This document shows positions 28,513 to 37,970 of a stretch of DNA of 64,000 bases, one piece after another (within the stretch, counting starts at the first letter, position 1; each line of letters starts with the position of its first letter). Location: NCBI GenBank assembly GCA_016929135.1, contig JAFGJK010000030.1, positions 5,531-69,530 on the forward strand, given 5' to 3'. Source of the stretch: Spirochaetota bacterium. Its GTDB lineage: Bacteria > Spirochaetota > UBA4802 > UBA5550. The notes under the pieces were generated by a model that was given only the letters and a program-made list of their open reading frames with translations, had not been told where the DNA came from and did not search any database. Made by a program: the position numbers and the translations under genes.

Positions 28513-29775
28513 TCACCGCGCCGTCCGCCCGAAGGTTTTGGCCGCCAGGTCGCGGCGCCGGGGGACGTAGGTGTTATCCGCCTTCTCCCTCTCCACCACG
28601 CGCCGTATCAGCTTGTACATCTTGTACTGCTGCGGCTCATCCCGGTAGAACTCCTCCCAGGCGAAGCTGAAGAGTTCCTGAAGCCGCTCTGGCGCCATGT
28701 GCCTCGGCTGAAAGACCACCTCGCCCGCGTTGTACCTGTCCCAGTCGTAGCTGAGTATCCGCTTCTGCTTCCTCAGGTCATCGAAGGCCTTGGTGTGCGG
28801 GAACGGAGTGAGGACGGTGAACTCCGCCAGGTCAAGCTCTATCTCCAGCAGGAAATCGATGAGACGCCTGATGGAGTCCTCGGTGTGGTCGTCGAGCCCC
28901 AGAAGGATGGTCCCCTCAACCGCTATCCCGTGATCGTGGTACCGCTTAATCCTCTGGCGTATGTAATCGGAGGTGTCGAAGACCGCCTGGTAGACGTACC
29001 AGGCGCCGGCCTGGGCCGCCAGGTCCAGCACCTCCGGCTTGTCCTCGATGGTGTGGCTGCACCATTTCTTCTTGAAGGGTATCATCTCCCGGAAGAGCTC
29101 CATCTCCCAGGCCGTGTCCTGGGCCAGTGAGTTGTCGACGATGAAGAGCCTGTTGTTGTCGATGGTCGCCAGCTCCTCAGCCACGCGATCCATGGGCCTG
29201 GGCCTGAACTCCCTTCCGCCCAGGTATGCCACGGCGCAGGGATAGCAGTTGAAGCGACATCCGCGCGATGCGTGAAAGAGGTCCACCATGCGGATCCCCT
29301 TGTGATAGTAGAGATCCCGCTCGAGGATGCTTCTCCTGGCCGGGCCCACCAGATCCACCGGGGGCCGTGCGGACAGGTAGTTGTACACCTGCTTCAGCGC
29401 CCCGTCCCTGAAATCGGCAAAGACCTCCTCCATCCGCCCCTCGGACTCGCCGAGGAACACCGAGTCGGCGTGCGTCAGGGTCTCCTCTGCGTGGAGCATC
29501 GTGGCGATGCCGCCGAAGATAACCTTCACCCCCCGGCGGCGGTACTCGTCGGCGATCTCCCATCCCCGTCTCACCTGTACGGTGAGCATCATAGATATAC
29601 CCACGAAATCCGCACCGTCGTCGAAATCCAGGGTCTGCAGGTTCTCGTCGACGAAGACCACGTCGACGTAGTCCGGAAGCGATGCAGCCATCACCACCGG
29701 CCCGTGGGGGGGCAGGTTGAACTCTGTCTGCCCCTCCAGCTTTTTCCATTTCGGATATATCAGCTTGAATTTCAT
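28513..29775 (-). CDS. B12-binding-domain radical SAM protein
   Basis: N-terminal cobalamin-binding-like domain (DFVGIS, VIFGGI, VFLGESEG), SRGCRFNCYPC and LTPFPHT; GGAGG RBS. Confidence 0.92.
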   Translation of the reverse strand: MKFKLIYPKWKKLEGQTEFNLPPHGPVVMAASLPDYVDVVFVDENLQTLDFDDGADFVGISMMLTVQVRRGWEIADEYRRRGVKVIFGGIATMLHAEETLTHADSVFLGESEGRMEEVFADFRDGALKQVYNYLSARPPVDLVGPARRSILERDLYYHKGIRMVDLFHASRGCRFNCYPCAVAYLGGREFRPRPMDRVAEELATIDNNRLFIVDNSLAQDTAWEMELFREMIPFKKKWCSHTIEDKPEVLDLAAQAGAWYVYQAVFDTSDYIRQRIKRYHDHGIAVEGTILLGLDDHTEDSIRRLIDFLLEIELDLAEFTVLTPFPHTKAFDDLRKQKRILSYDWDRYNAGEVVFQPRHMAPERLQELFSFAWEEFYRDEPQQYKMYKLIRRVVEREKADNTYVPRRRDLAAKTFGRTAR

Positions 29776-30006
29776 ATCCTCCCTCTGACAGGCCCACCAG
29801 CATGCCCGGGACGGAAAAATCGTGTCAATAACTTTTACCGGTTCCGCCGGGGTGCTGCTTCGACAGGACCAAACCGTACCGCATCCGAGGGGAGGCTCCT
29901 CCCGCAGGGCGCTGGCTCTCCGGCGCGGATTCTATTAATAAAAGACCTTATCGGTACCCGCGCCACCGTCCTCATCACGGAAGGGCACAAGACGGGGCAA
30001 GGCGAA

Positions 30007-31075
30007 TCACGCCGCAGGACCGACGATCATGTCCCGTATCATCGGAAATCCCCGGGACTTTTCCGCGAGTCTTCCGTGCTCATCGCTGAAGGAGAGGGAT
30101 ATCTTTTTGTACGCGGCCAGATTCTTCGTGAAGAGCTGGGCGATGGAGAGCGTGGTGTTCTTGTCGATGGTGCATCGGTCGTCGATGTTGAAGAGGATCT
30201 CGTCGTTGAAGCTGAAGCGTCTCCCCTCGGCGATTCCCTTCTGTATCACCGCGGCGATCTTTCTCGTCACCTCCAGCTCGGTGCCGCTGGTCCACGAGCC
30301 GATCAGGTAGAACTGGCGCTCCCTCATCCCGGCATATTCGTCCGACGACGCGGGGACGATGTCGCCGTCATCGTATACGATATCGGCATCGATCCTATAT
30401 ACGATCCTGGCCGGCGTCTCGGCAGTCCTCCCCGGCTGCCGGCGCTTCAGACGCCGATGTCCCGGCTTCGCCTCCGGCCCGCCACACCGTCGCCCCCTTC
30501 ACGAAGGCGTCGACGAATTCGGTGACGGCGTCGGAGGCCACCTCGGAATCGAAGAGCTTTATATAGAAGAGATCGTTGAAGCGATTCCGGTCATTCTTCA
30601 GCTCGTCGATGTAACCGTTTATGGCCGGGTTTTCCGTCATGAGCTGGTCCAGTATCCTGTGAGGGTCCGCCGCCATCCCGTAGCGCTCCCCGAAGGCCTT
30701 CCCCTTCGTGAGGAGGAGAAAGGCGCCGCGGACCTTCCCGAAATCCTTCCCCTTGCTGAAGATGATGTAGGAGATGAGAATCGTCTTCAGAAGCTTGATC
30801 ATGCCGGGATCGTTTTCCTGGGGGAACCCCAAGTCCGCCTGGGCGTCCATGATTACGGCGGCGGGAAATCCTCGCTCCCTGATGTACCGCACCAGCTCGT
30901 TCCGGATGAAGGTGGTCCTCCCTGTGCGGGCGATACCCTTGCGCATGACCGCCAGGGCATGGAGATTGAGATACTCCGACTCTATCTCGAGCCCCTGCCT
31001 GTTCAGTGCGTGCCGTATGGGGGTTGCAATCCTGCTGTTCTCGGAGATGAGGATGACTTTATTCGAGGTATCCAT
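30007..31075 (-). pseudogene. hypothetical protein split by a frameshift in its Ala/Gly linker (about 30400-30500)
   Basis: The frame of ORF 30007..30327 stays open upstream as TAETPARIVYRIDADIVYDDGDIVPASSDEYAGMRERQF and overlaps the end of ORF 30395..31075. Confidence 0.6.
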
Positions 31076-31274
31076 GGCTATGAGACGATTCAGCGCACTT
31101 TGCCATTAAATCGCAAGTGTTTTTTCCATTTATTCATAACACCGGGTCTCATCCTTCATGGTGGTCGCATCCACTTCGCACTTACCGGGATCACATCCGC
31201 GCGATTCCCCCGGGCAATGGCGCTGCCGGCAGATAATGTTTGACCTGGCCCGGACCGGCTTGATCAATGTCTGC

Positions 31275-32369
31275 ATGCAGTTCAGCTGGACAAACAGGAC
31301 GGAGACGCAGCGGGTTTCGAAGGAGCTCACCTCTGTCTCTATCGAGCTCTCCACCCGATGCAACCTCGATTGCATCTCCTGCCCGAGAAAGGCAGCGGTG
31401 GATTTCCGGCCCGCCCACATGGAGGATGCCGTGTTCCTCCCTCTGCTGGAATCGCTCCGCGCCCTGAAATCGCTGAACCGCATCGTTCTCATCGAGTACG
31501 GCGAGGCGCTCTGCAATCCCCGGGCAATGGAATACCTGCGGGCCCTGGGCACGCTGGGGGCCGCGGTCACCCTTGTCACCAACGGGCACCTGGTGACCCC
31601 CCAGTGTGCCGATCTCATCGCGGGCGTCCCCCTGGAGGAGGTCGTCTTCTCCTGGGACGACCCTGTCACCTCTTCCTCGTCCCCCCTCCGGGTCGGCGCC
31701 CAGTTGGAACAGCTGGAGCGGGGAATCGGGGAGATCCTGTCGTCCCGGAGAGGGCACGGCACGGGGCGGCCCCTACTCGCGCTCGAGACCGTCGTTCGCC
31801 GGGAGAACGCCGCGCATCTTCGGGGCATCATCGCGCATACGAGAGGCATGGGGATAGAGAAATGGTACGTCTCCAACCTCTTCCCCTACCGGGAGGACCA
31901 TGAAGCGGAGATCATCTACGTCAATCAGGGAAAACCGCTCCCGGATCTGCGCCGCCTACTGAAACGGGAGATGCGGGAGTGTGCAATGACGGTGGCGGGG
32001 CAGGTGGCGGACATCCCGCGGCGCTGCCCCTTCATGGAACGGGGGAGCCTTTTCGTCACCGCGATGGGGGAGGTGGCACCCTGCATGGAGCTCGCCTACA
32101 CTCACCGGGCAGTCTATTTCGGCAATCCCCGCACGCACCACCGGACCATCTACGGCAGTGTCACCGGGAGGGGACTCGCGGAGATATGGGGCCTCGAGGA
32201 CTTCAGGCGCTTCAGGGAGTGCTTCCTTTACTGGGACTTCCCCGACTGCTCCACCTGCTACGACCCCCGCAGGTGCTACAACAGGACGGACCTCCGGGAG
32301 GACTGCTACGGGAATCCCACACCCTGCGGCGAATGCCTCTGGGCGAAGAATATCGTCCTCTGCCCCTGA
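31275..32369 (+). CDS. radical SAM/SPASM protein resembling tungsten-cofactor oxidoreductase maturases
   Basis: ELSTRCNLDCISC; SPASM CPFMERG...GEVAPC; Cys-rich tail FPDCSTC...DCYGNPTPCGECLWAKNIVLCP. Start could be 31236 or 31275. Confidence 0.85.
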   Translation: MQFSWTNRTETQRVSKELTSVSIELSTRCNLDCISCPRKAAVDFRPAHMEDAVFLPLLESLRALKSLNRIVLIEYGEALCNPRAMEYLRALGTLGAAVTLVTNGHLVTPQCADLIAGVPLEEVVFSWDDPVTSSSSPLRVGAQLEQLERGIGEILSSRRGHGTGRPLLALETVVRRENAAHLRGIIAHTRGMGIEKWYVSNLFPYREDHEAEIIYVNQGKPLPDLRRLLKREMRECAMTVAGQVADIPRRCPFMERGSLFVTAMGEVAPCMELAYTHRAVYFGNPRTHHRTIYGSVTGRGLAEIWGLEDFRRFRECFLYWDFPDCSTCYDPRRCYNRTDLREDCYGNPTPCGECLWAKNIVLCP

Positions 32370-32385
32370 GGGGCTCGTTTTTTTT
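32362..32385 (+). terminator. possible intrinsic terminator overlapping the stop codon
   Basis: GCCCC-TGA-GGGGC followed by TCG and T8. Confidence 0.45.
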
Positions 32386-32459
32386 ATTGCCTCCACGGGC
32401 GCGGCAGGGCTATCCTGGGAGACATCGCAACGCTCCTGCGGGGAGCGGCCACAGGGCAC

Positions 32460-33317
32460 ATGAGATACAGAATAGCACTCCAACATCGCGCACTCATTCT
32501 CCTGGCAATGTGCCTGACGGCACCGGCGGCCTCGCCGGCCCAGGTGGAATTCTTCACCGCGGAGAGGATTGAGGCGCCGCAGCATGAGGCCCTGCTGCGG
32601 TCACCGGCGGTTGAGGTGCAGTACATGTACGACACGGCGGAAATGAAGCACTACGGCGTCTTCAACTTCGGCGCCGTTATCCCGGTGCTCACCGTACGTT
32701 CCCCCCTTGTTGTGTTTGAAACGGGGGCCATGGGGGGCATCTTCAGCCGGTTCGAGTTTTTTTCCGAATCATTCAACTTTATCACCGCGGACTTCATGGG
32801 AGGTGGGTACACGGCGATGGAAACGGCCCGGTTCATACTGGAGGCCTCGGTGTACCACGCGAGCTCCCACCTGGGGGACGAATACATCCTGTATGACCAC
32901 GGCACGGTGGTCAACACCGGCTACGAGGCGGGGAGGGCCACTGTCAGCTGGAAGACTGCCCGGTGGCTCACCCTCTCCGCCGGGGGCGAATACCGCTTCG
33001 CCCGAAGGCCCCGCCGCACCCTCTTCTACGCCGGTTCCATCATCTTCGAGGGGAGGATCGACCTGCGTTGCCTACGGATCCCCCTGTTCTTCCAGGGGAC
33101 CGTGGAGCTTCTGGACCTGTACCGCTACGTCAACGCCGGTGCAAGGCTGGGGGTCTACCTGCGCTATCTCTTCAACGGCACGTTTCTGGGGAAAGAGATG
33201 GGCGGACCGGAGCCCCACGAGCTTTCCATTACCTACTACTACGGCTTTTCCCGGGCCTGCTGCTTCTCCCGCCGCAGGGAGAGCCTTGTACTCGCGGGAC
33301 CCTCCTACCGGTTCTAG
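32460..33317 (+). CDS. DUF1207-like outer-membrane protein
   Basis: Signal peptide, YHASSHLGDEY motif and a C-terminal Phe (SYRF). Confidence 0.75.
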   Translation: MRYRIALQHRALILLAMCLTAPAASPAQVEFFTAERIEAPQHEALLRSPAVEVQYMYDTAEMKHYGVFNFGAVIPVLTVRSPLVVFETGAMGGIFSRFEFFSESFNFITADFMGGGYTAMETARFILEASVYHASSHLGDEYILYDHGTVVNTGYEAGRATVSWKTARWLTLSAGGEYRFARRPRRTLFYAGSIIFEGRIDLRCLRIPLFFQGTVELLDLYRYVNAGARLGVYLRYLFNGTFLGKEMGGPEPHELSITYYYGFSRACCFSRRRESLVLAGPSYRF

Positions 33318-33422
33318 GATTCCCGTGCAAAAACACGAGACACCGAAGCTCACCGGCGATTTCGATCCACCGGAGCGAAAAAAAGCCGGATGGCGGTACC
33401 ATCCGACAACTGCCCACAGACA

Positions 33423-33452
33423 GAGAGGGCGGCCCCTTCGGGCCGCCCTCTC
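33423..33452. terminator. 13-bp hairpin between convergent genes
   Basis: GAGAGGGCGGCCC-CTTC-GGGCCGCCCTCTC, immediately after the TonB receptor stop. Confidence 0.75.
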
Positions 33453-33456
33453 CGGA

Positions 33457-35460
33457 TCAAAACATGACGCTCAGGCCCCCCATCATGTGGAATCCCGGCA
33501 TCGGGTATCCATAGAAGGTCTGGTACTTCCTGTTCGTGATATTGTAGAGATTCACGAAGACCCTGTAATGCTCCAGGAAGGTATAGGCCAGCCGCGAGTT
33601 GAACACCAGATAGTTCGAGAGCCTCTCCCAGCCTTCGGTGTCGTTGTAGACGTCCCGTACATAGCTGCACTCCAGGGCCACCATGGCGTTATACCCCTCG
33701 AAGGTGGCGCCGGCGGTGACGCGGTGCCTCGGCACGTAGACCAGCATCTTACCCCGGTAGGAGTTGTCGATGTAGGAATACCCGGCCCACAGGCTCACCA
33801 TCTCGGTCATGGTGTAGCGCAGCGAGGATTCGATCCCGTCGTAGATCACCCGCTGGTACTGGTTGATCCAGTAGTTGTTCGGGAAGCTCCCGTAGGGGAC
33901 GAACATGTTCTCCACGTACATCCTGTAGCCGGTGAGGGCCACGGTGACCCTGTTAAAAAGGGTGCTCTCTATACCGTATTCCACGGAGAGGTCCTTTTCA
34001 GGGCTGAGCCAGGGATTGGGATAGCGCACCGGGTAGGGACCGAAGAGGTAGAGCTGCCGGAGGTCGGGAAGCTTGAATCCCTGGGCGACGCTGCTGTGTA
34101 TCTTCATGTCGACGGTATCGGGATTCGTGACGCTGGCCAGCGGGTAGATGCTTATGCCCGTCTGCCAGGATACCACGTCTCCGAATTTGGAATCGTGGGT
34201 ATAGCGCGCGCCGCCGGATACCAGCACGTAGTCCATGATCTTCTGCTCCACCAGGCCGAAGGCAGAGGTGTTGATGATGTACTTGTCCTTGACATAGTAG
34301 TTCCCCAGGCTCAGAAGCCACGGCATCGTGGTGTTGTCCGGGAACCTCGCCGTCCCCCCCCAGCGCTTCGACTCCACGCCGATGGTGGTCTTGTTGCCGC
34401 TGAAGAGCTTCGCCGTCTCAGTGGCCTTGAAGCCGTAGAGCGTGTCCTCATGCTCGTAGGAATCCATATTCTTCGCCGTGCGCTCCGCCTCGTGCTTCCC
34501 GTGGTTCCAGTAGAGGTGCAACATCCCCTCGAAGCGGTCGTAGCGGTTCATCAGGTTCACTGAGCATCCCTCTCGGGCGATATCGAAGGTCTCAAGGTCT
34601 TTGAGCGACGAGAGGCTCGTATAGTAGCGGTATGCCATGCCCGAGTCGTGGATGTTCTGGCGCATCAGGTAGCCGTTGAAGCCGGCGTACCAGTGATCGC
34701 CGATCTCGAATCCGAAGCGCGCGGTGGCATTGTGATTTCGGTACGCCGAGGTCAGCCGGAACCCCTCCTGTGTGCGCTGGCTCCGGTGTCCGTCGGATCT
34801 CTGGAAATTGTACGACACTCCATAGTCGAAGAACCCGATCTTCCCCTGGTGCACCGCGTAATCGTCGGTAGTGTTGTAGGAGCCGTAGGAGCCGGACAGC
34901 TCGGTGCTGAAGCCCTCGGTCTCCTGCCGGCGGGTGATGACGTTCACGATGCCCCCCATGGCGCCGGAGCCGTACAGCACCGGCTGCGGTCCGTGCAGCA
35001 CCTCGATCCGGTCCACATTCTTCATGGTGAAGATATCGGCGATCGGATGCCCCATGATGCTCGTAGTGGTATCCAGACCGTTGATCAGTATCGGAAGCCC
35101 GGTGGTGGGGCCCCATCCTGATATGCCCATGCCCCTGACGGACATCTTGGCGGACCCGCTGGAGGCAACGCCGTATCCCATCACCCTGTTGTTGCCGGTG
35201 TAGAAGCTCGGCACACGCTCGTTGATCACGTCCACCAGGTTGGTGGCGGGTGAGTTCTTCACTTCCTTTTCGGTGATGATGGAGGCCACACCGGTCTGTT
35301 CCCGGCTGTCCTTCACGATGATCTCTTTCGATGAAAACGCCTCTTTCCCCCTCTGCTCCTCCTTCTGCCCCTCATTGACTTTGGCAGTCTCCTCCTGGGC
35401 AAAGGCGACGCTGAAGGCCATGAAACAACACGCGATGACTATCAATGTCGACTTTTTCAT
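33457..35460 (-). CDS. TonB-dependent receptor
   Basis: Signal peptide; plug motif VDRIEVLHGPQPVLYGSGAMGGIVNVIT; C-terminal NLYNITNRKY...YPMPG...LSVMF; GAGGAG RBS. Confidence 0.95.
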   Translation of the reverse strand: MKKSTLIVIACCFMAFSVAFAQEETAKVNEGQKEEQRGKEAFSSKEIIVKDSREQTGVASIITEKEVKNSPATNLVDVINERVPSFYTGNNRVMGYGVASSGSAKMSVRGMGISGWGPTTGLPILINGLDTTTSIMGHPIADIFTMKNVDRIEVLHGPQPVLYGSGAMGGIVNVITRRQETEGFSTELSGSYGSYNTTDDYAVHQGKIGFFDYGVSYNFQRSDGHRSQRTQEGFRLTSAYRNHNATARFGFEIGDHWYAGFNGYLMRQNIHDSGMAYRYYTSLSSLKDLETFDIAREGCSVNLMNRYDRFEGMLHLYWNHGKHEAERTAKNMDSYEHEDTLYGFKATETAKLFSGNKTTIGVESKRWGGTARFPDNTTMPWLLSLGNYYVKDKYIINTSAFGLVEQKIMDYVLVSGGARYTHDSKFGDVVSWQTGISIYPLASVTNPDTVDMKIHSSVAQGFKLPDLRQLYLFGPYPVRYPNPWLSPEKDLSVEYGIESTLFNRVTVALTGYRMYVENMFVPYGSFPNNYWINQYQRVIYDGIESSLRYTMTEMVSLWAGYSYIDNSYRGKMLVYVPRHRVTAGATFEGYNAMVALECSYVRDVYNDTEGWERLSNYLVFNSRLAYTFLEHYRVFVNLYNITNRKYQTFYGYPMPGFHMMGGLSVMF

Positions 35461-35489
35461 TGCTGACTCCTCTTTTGACTTTCTCTTTT

Positions 35490-35523
35490 GTAGCACGATT
35501 TTATTTTTTGTACTATTTGTCAA
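35490..35523 (-). promoter_or_regulatory. 7-13-7 inverted-repeat operator (NikR-like) adjacent to a TTGACA -35
   Basis: GTAGCAC-N13(AT-rich)-GTACTAT at 35490-35516; TTGACA on the minus strand at 35518-35523. Confidence 0.5.
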
Positions 35524-35600
35524 ATAATTAATGATATTTTTTATGCAACCTGTCTCTTCTCCTCCTACCCCTTAACATCCGGATCACACTAAATTTTGTA

Positions 35601-35629
35601 TTGCGAAAATACCGGTAATCTGGGATACT
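35601..35629 (+). promoter_or_regulatory. sigma70 promoter for rpiB operon
   Basis: TTGCGA-N17-GATACT with a TG extension. Confidence 0.55.
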
Positions 35630-35659
35630 ACCGCATACTCTCATGAGGGGTTCAAGGGA

Positions 35660-36112
35660 ATGATTATTGCCATAGGCTCGGATCACGGGGGATTCAGGTT
35701 AAAGACCCGCATCATCGCCCATTTCACGGATCTTGAGTTCGATGACGTGGGGACCGGTGCACAGGAATCCTGCGACTACTCGGATTACGCCCGTCTGGTG
35801 GCGGAAAGGGTGGTGCGGGGGAGCGCGCAGTGCGGTATCGTGATCTGCGGGAGCGGCATCGGCGTGAGCATCGCGGCGAACAAGATACGGGGAATCCGCG
35901 CCGCACTCTGCTGCAACGAATACATGGCGGAGATGTCACGCCGCCACAACGACGCCAACATCCTTGCCCTGGGGGAGAGGGTCATGGGCGAGGAGCTGGC
36001 CCTGGCCATTGTGAAGCGGTGGCTGGAGGCCCCCTTCGACGGGGGACGCCACCAGCGAAGAATTGATAAGATGATGTCACTGGAACATGCCGATACTAAA
36101 CATAGCAGATAA
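35660..36112 (+). CDS. rpiB: ribose-5-phosphate isomerase B
   Basis: Motifs IGSDHGG, ICGSGIGVSIAANK, HNDANILALGER and FDGGRHQRR. Confidence 0.97.
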   Translation: MIIAIGSDHGGFRLKTRIIAHFTDLEFDDVGTGAQESCDYSDYARLVAERVVRGSAQCGIVICGSGIGVSIAANKIRGIRAALCCNEYMAEMSRRHNDANILALGERVMGEELALAIVKRWLEAPFDGGRHQRRIDKMMSLEHADTKHSR

Positions 36113-36126
36113 TTCAGGGCCGGCAG

Positions 36127-37812
36127 ATGCTCCACAGACCGATACTAAAAATACTGCTGCTTAGCTGCGGCACGCTCCTGCTCATGTACCCGGTGAGGGA
36201 AACCACCGGGGGGAGGACTTTTCCCATCGTGCCGAAACGCCACCTGACGAACGTCTCGGTGCAGCAGATGCCGAACGGGAAGAGGGCCTACACCATTGCC
36301 GATCTCTCCTACCAGAAACAGAGCGGCAGAAGCATCAACGACCTCGTCCTCTCCTTCAACCGCCCCCATTCGCAGATGGTCCGCGACGACACCCGGCACT
36401 ACAGGATCCATGTCGCGGATTACTCCTTCCGGAAGGGGGAGGGGCTGGGGAGAGGATGCGCTCATTTTTACGGAAGGAACAACCGCGTCGAGATTGAGAC
36501 CGCCAGGGACCTGTGGCTCGGCTCCTGCGGCGATCTCGGATCCTTCACGGTGGAATTCAGGATGATGCCCTACTCGATGCGGGAGGGTGGCGCGATCTTC
36601 TCCAGGGTGAGCTACTTCTCCGGCGAAAAGCGCGGTCTCGAGATGATCATACGGAACCGGCGGATATCAGCCAGATTCTACAACATGTTTGTGGACCCGA
36701 AGGGGAAACGCTTCGACATCCAGCTGAACCGCGGCAGGATCCTCACTGAAAACAAATGGTGCCATTTCAGCATCAGCTACGACAGGATCTCCGGGAAGCT
36801 GTCGCGCTTCTGCAACGGCGAGGAAGAGGAGACCGTCTACGCCACCGAGAGCGGCGATCCCTACAACGGCGTCTACGTCCCCACCTTCGGCTCATGGAAC
36901 GACGAGGGGGTCTTCAAATGCCTGGACTCCCCGTCGGCGGTCCTGGGGAGGGATTTCAACGGGCTGCTGGACGAGTTCAGGATCACCTATCTCCCCTTCG
37001 AGGAGCTCAAGAAGGTCTCCCGCGTTGCCTACCGGGAGCACTCGCCCCACGGGGTGGACTACCGCACACCCTACAACGTGGAGGGGGTGGTGACGAGCCC
37101 GGTCTATGCCTTTGACGGGACCGGGACCAAGGTGACCGATTTTAAATGGGCCGAGGAGATTCAGAAAAACAGCTTCATCTGGATGGAGTTCAGGATCGCC
37201 GATCAGAAGTTCACCCAGTGGGACCAGGCCCCGCGGTGGTACCGGATCACCAGAAACCAGCACGGGATATTCCAAATGAAGGATGATCGGGGCGACTACA
37301 TCAGGGGGCGCTACTACCAGTGGAAGGCGCACCTGGTGGCCTCCCCCCTGGGTAAACACGCACCCCTTCTCTATGACCTAGCGCTGGACTATCAGCGGGA
37401 CCTGCCGCCCGCCCCTCCCCTCTTCGTCGAGGCCTCGGCCACGGGTGACAGGACCGTAGTCATCCGCTGGAAAAAGAGCGTCGAGGCGGATATCCTGGGA
37501 TACCGGATCTACTACGGCACCGGCCCGAAGCGCTATGACGGAATCATCAGCCACATAAAGGGCGAGCGCATCACCAATGCCATGGCGAGGGACAACTATA
37601 TCACCGCCGTCATCACGAACGAGCTGATCGATGAAAACCAGCTGGGCGACCAGAAGCGCCTTCTCACCTACCCGAGGCTGGAGAACACGGTCCTCTACTT
37701 CTTCGCCGTCAGCGCCTATGATTCCTACAAGCCAGACACCCCCTTCAACCATGAATCGGAGCTCTCCGCGCAGGTGAAGGCAAGGCCCTACGGCGGTTCC
37801 GAGATACGGTAG
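36127..37812 (+). CDS. exported LamG/concanavalin-like plus fibronectin type III protein
   Basis: N-terminal hydrophobic segment; LamG features FTVEF, WCHFSISYD and FNGLLDEFRI; FN3 features VVIRW, GYRIYYG and YFFAVSAYD. Confidence 0.8.
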   Translation: MLHRPILKILLLSCGTLLLMYPVRETTGGRTFPIVPKRHLTNVSVQQMPNGKRAYTIADLSYQKQSGRSINDLVLSFNRPHSQMVRDDTRHYRIHVADYSFRKGEGLGRGCAHFYGRNNRVEIETARDLWLGSCGDLGSFTVEFRMMPYSMREGGAIFSRVSYFSGEKRGLEMIIRNRRISARFYNMFVDPKGKRFDIQLNRGRILTENKWCHFSISYDRISGKLSRFCNGEEEETVYATESGDPYNGVYVPTFGSWNDEGVFKCLDSPSAVLGRDFNGLLDEFRITYLPFEELKKVSRVAYREHSPHGVDYRTPYNVEGVVTSPVYAFDGTGTKVTDFKWAEEIQKNSFIWMEFRIADQKFTQWDQAPRWYRITRNQHGIFQMKDDRGDYIRGRYYQWKAHLVASPLGKHAPLLYDLALDYQRDLPPAPPLFVEASATGDRTVVIRWKKSVEADILGYRIYYGTGPKRYDGIISHIKGERITNAMARDNYITAVITNELIDENQLGDQKRLLTYPRLENTVLYFFAVSAYDSYKPDTPFNHESELSAQVKARPYGGSEIR

Positions 37813-37970
37813 TCCGCGGCCCCGCAGGCGATATTTTCGTCCCGCGGTGATATTATTGTTGCCCTGTCATTTTGATAATGTGTACCTTATATGTGGCCTC
37901 GCCGGAAAAAACCTCATTGACGAATCCCGGCGGTGCACGAAGATGGCATGGGCGTTGGCGCCTCGATATC

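Noticed and set aside
35461-35659. Cobalamin riboswitch upstream of the TonB receptor
   Set aside because: The intergenic region is short and AT-rich, and lacks B12-box motifs.
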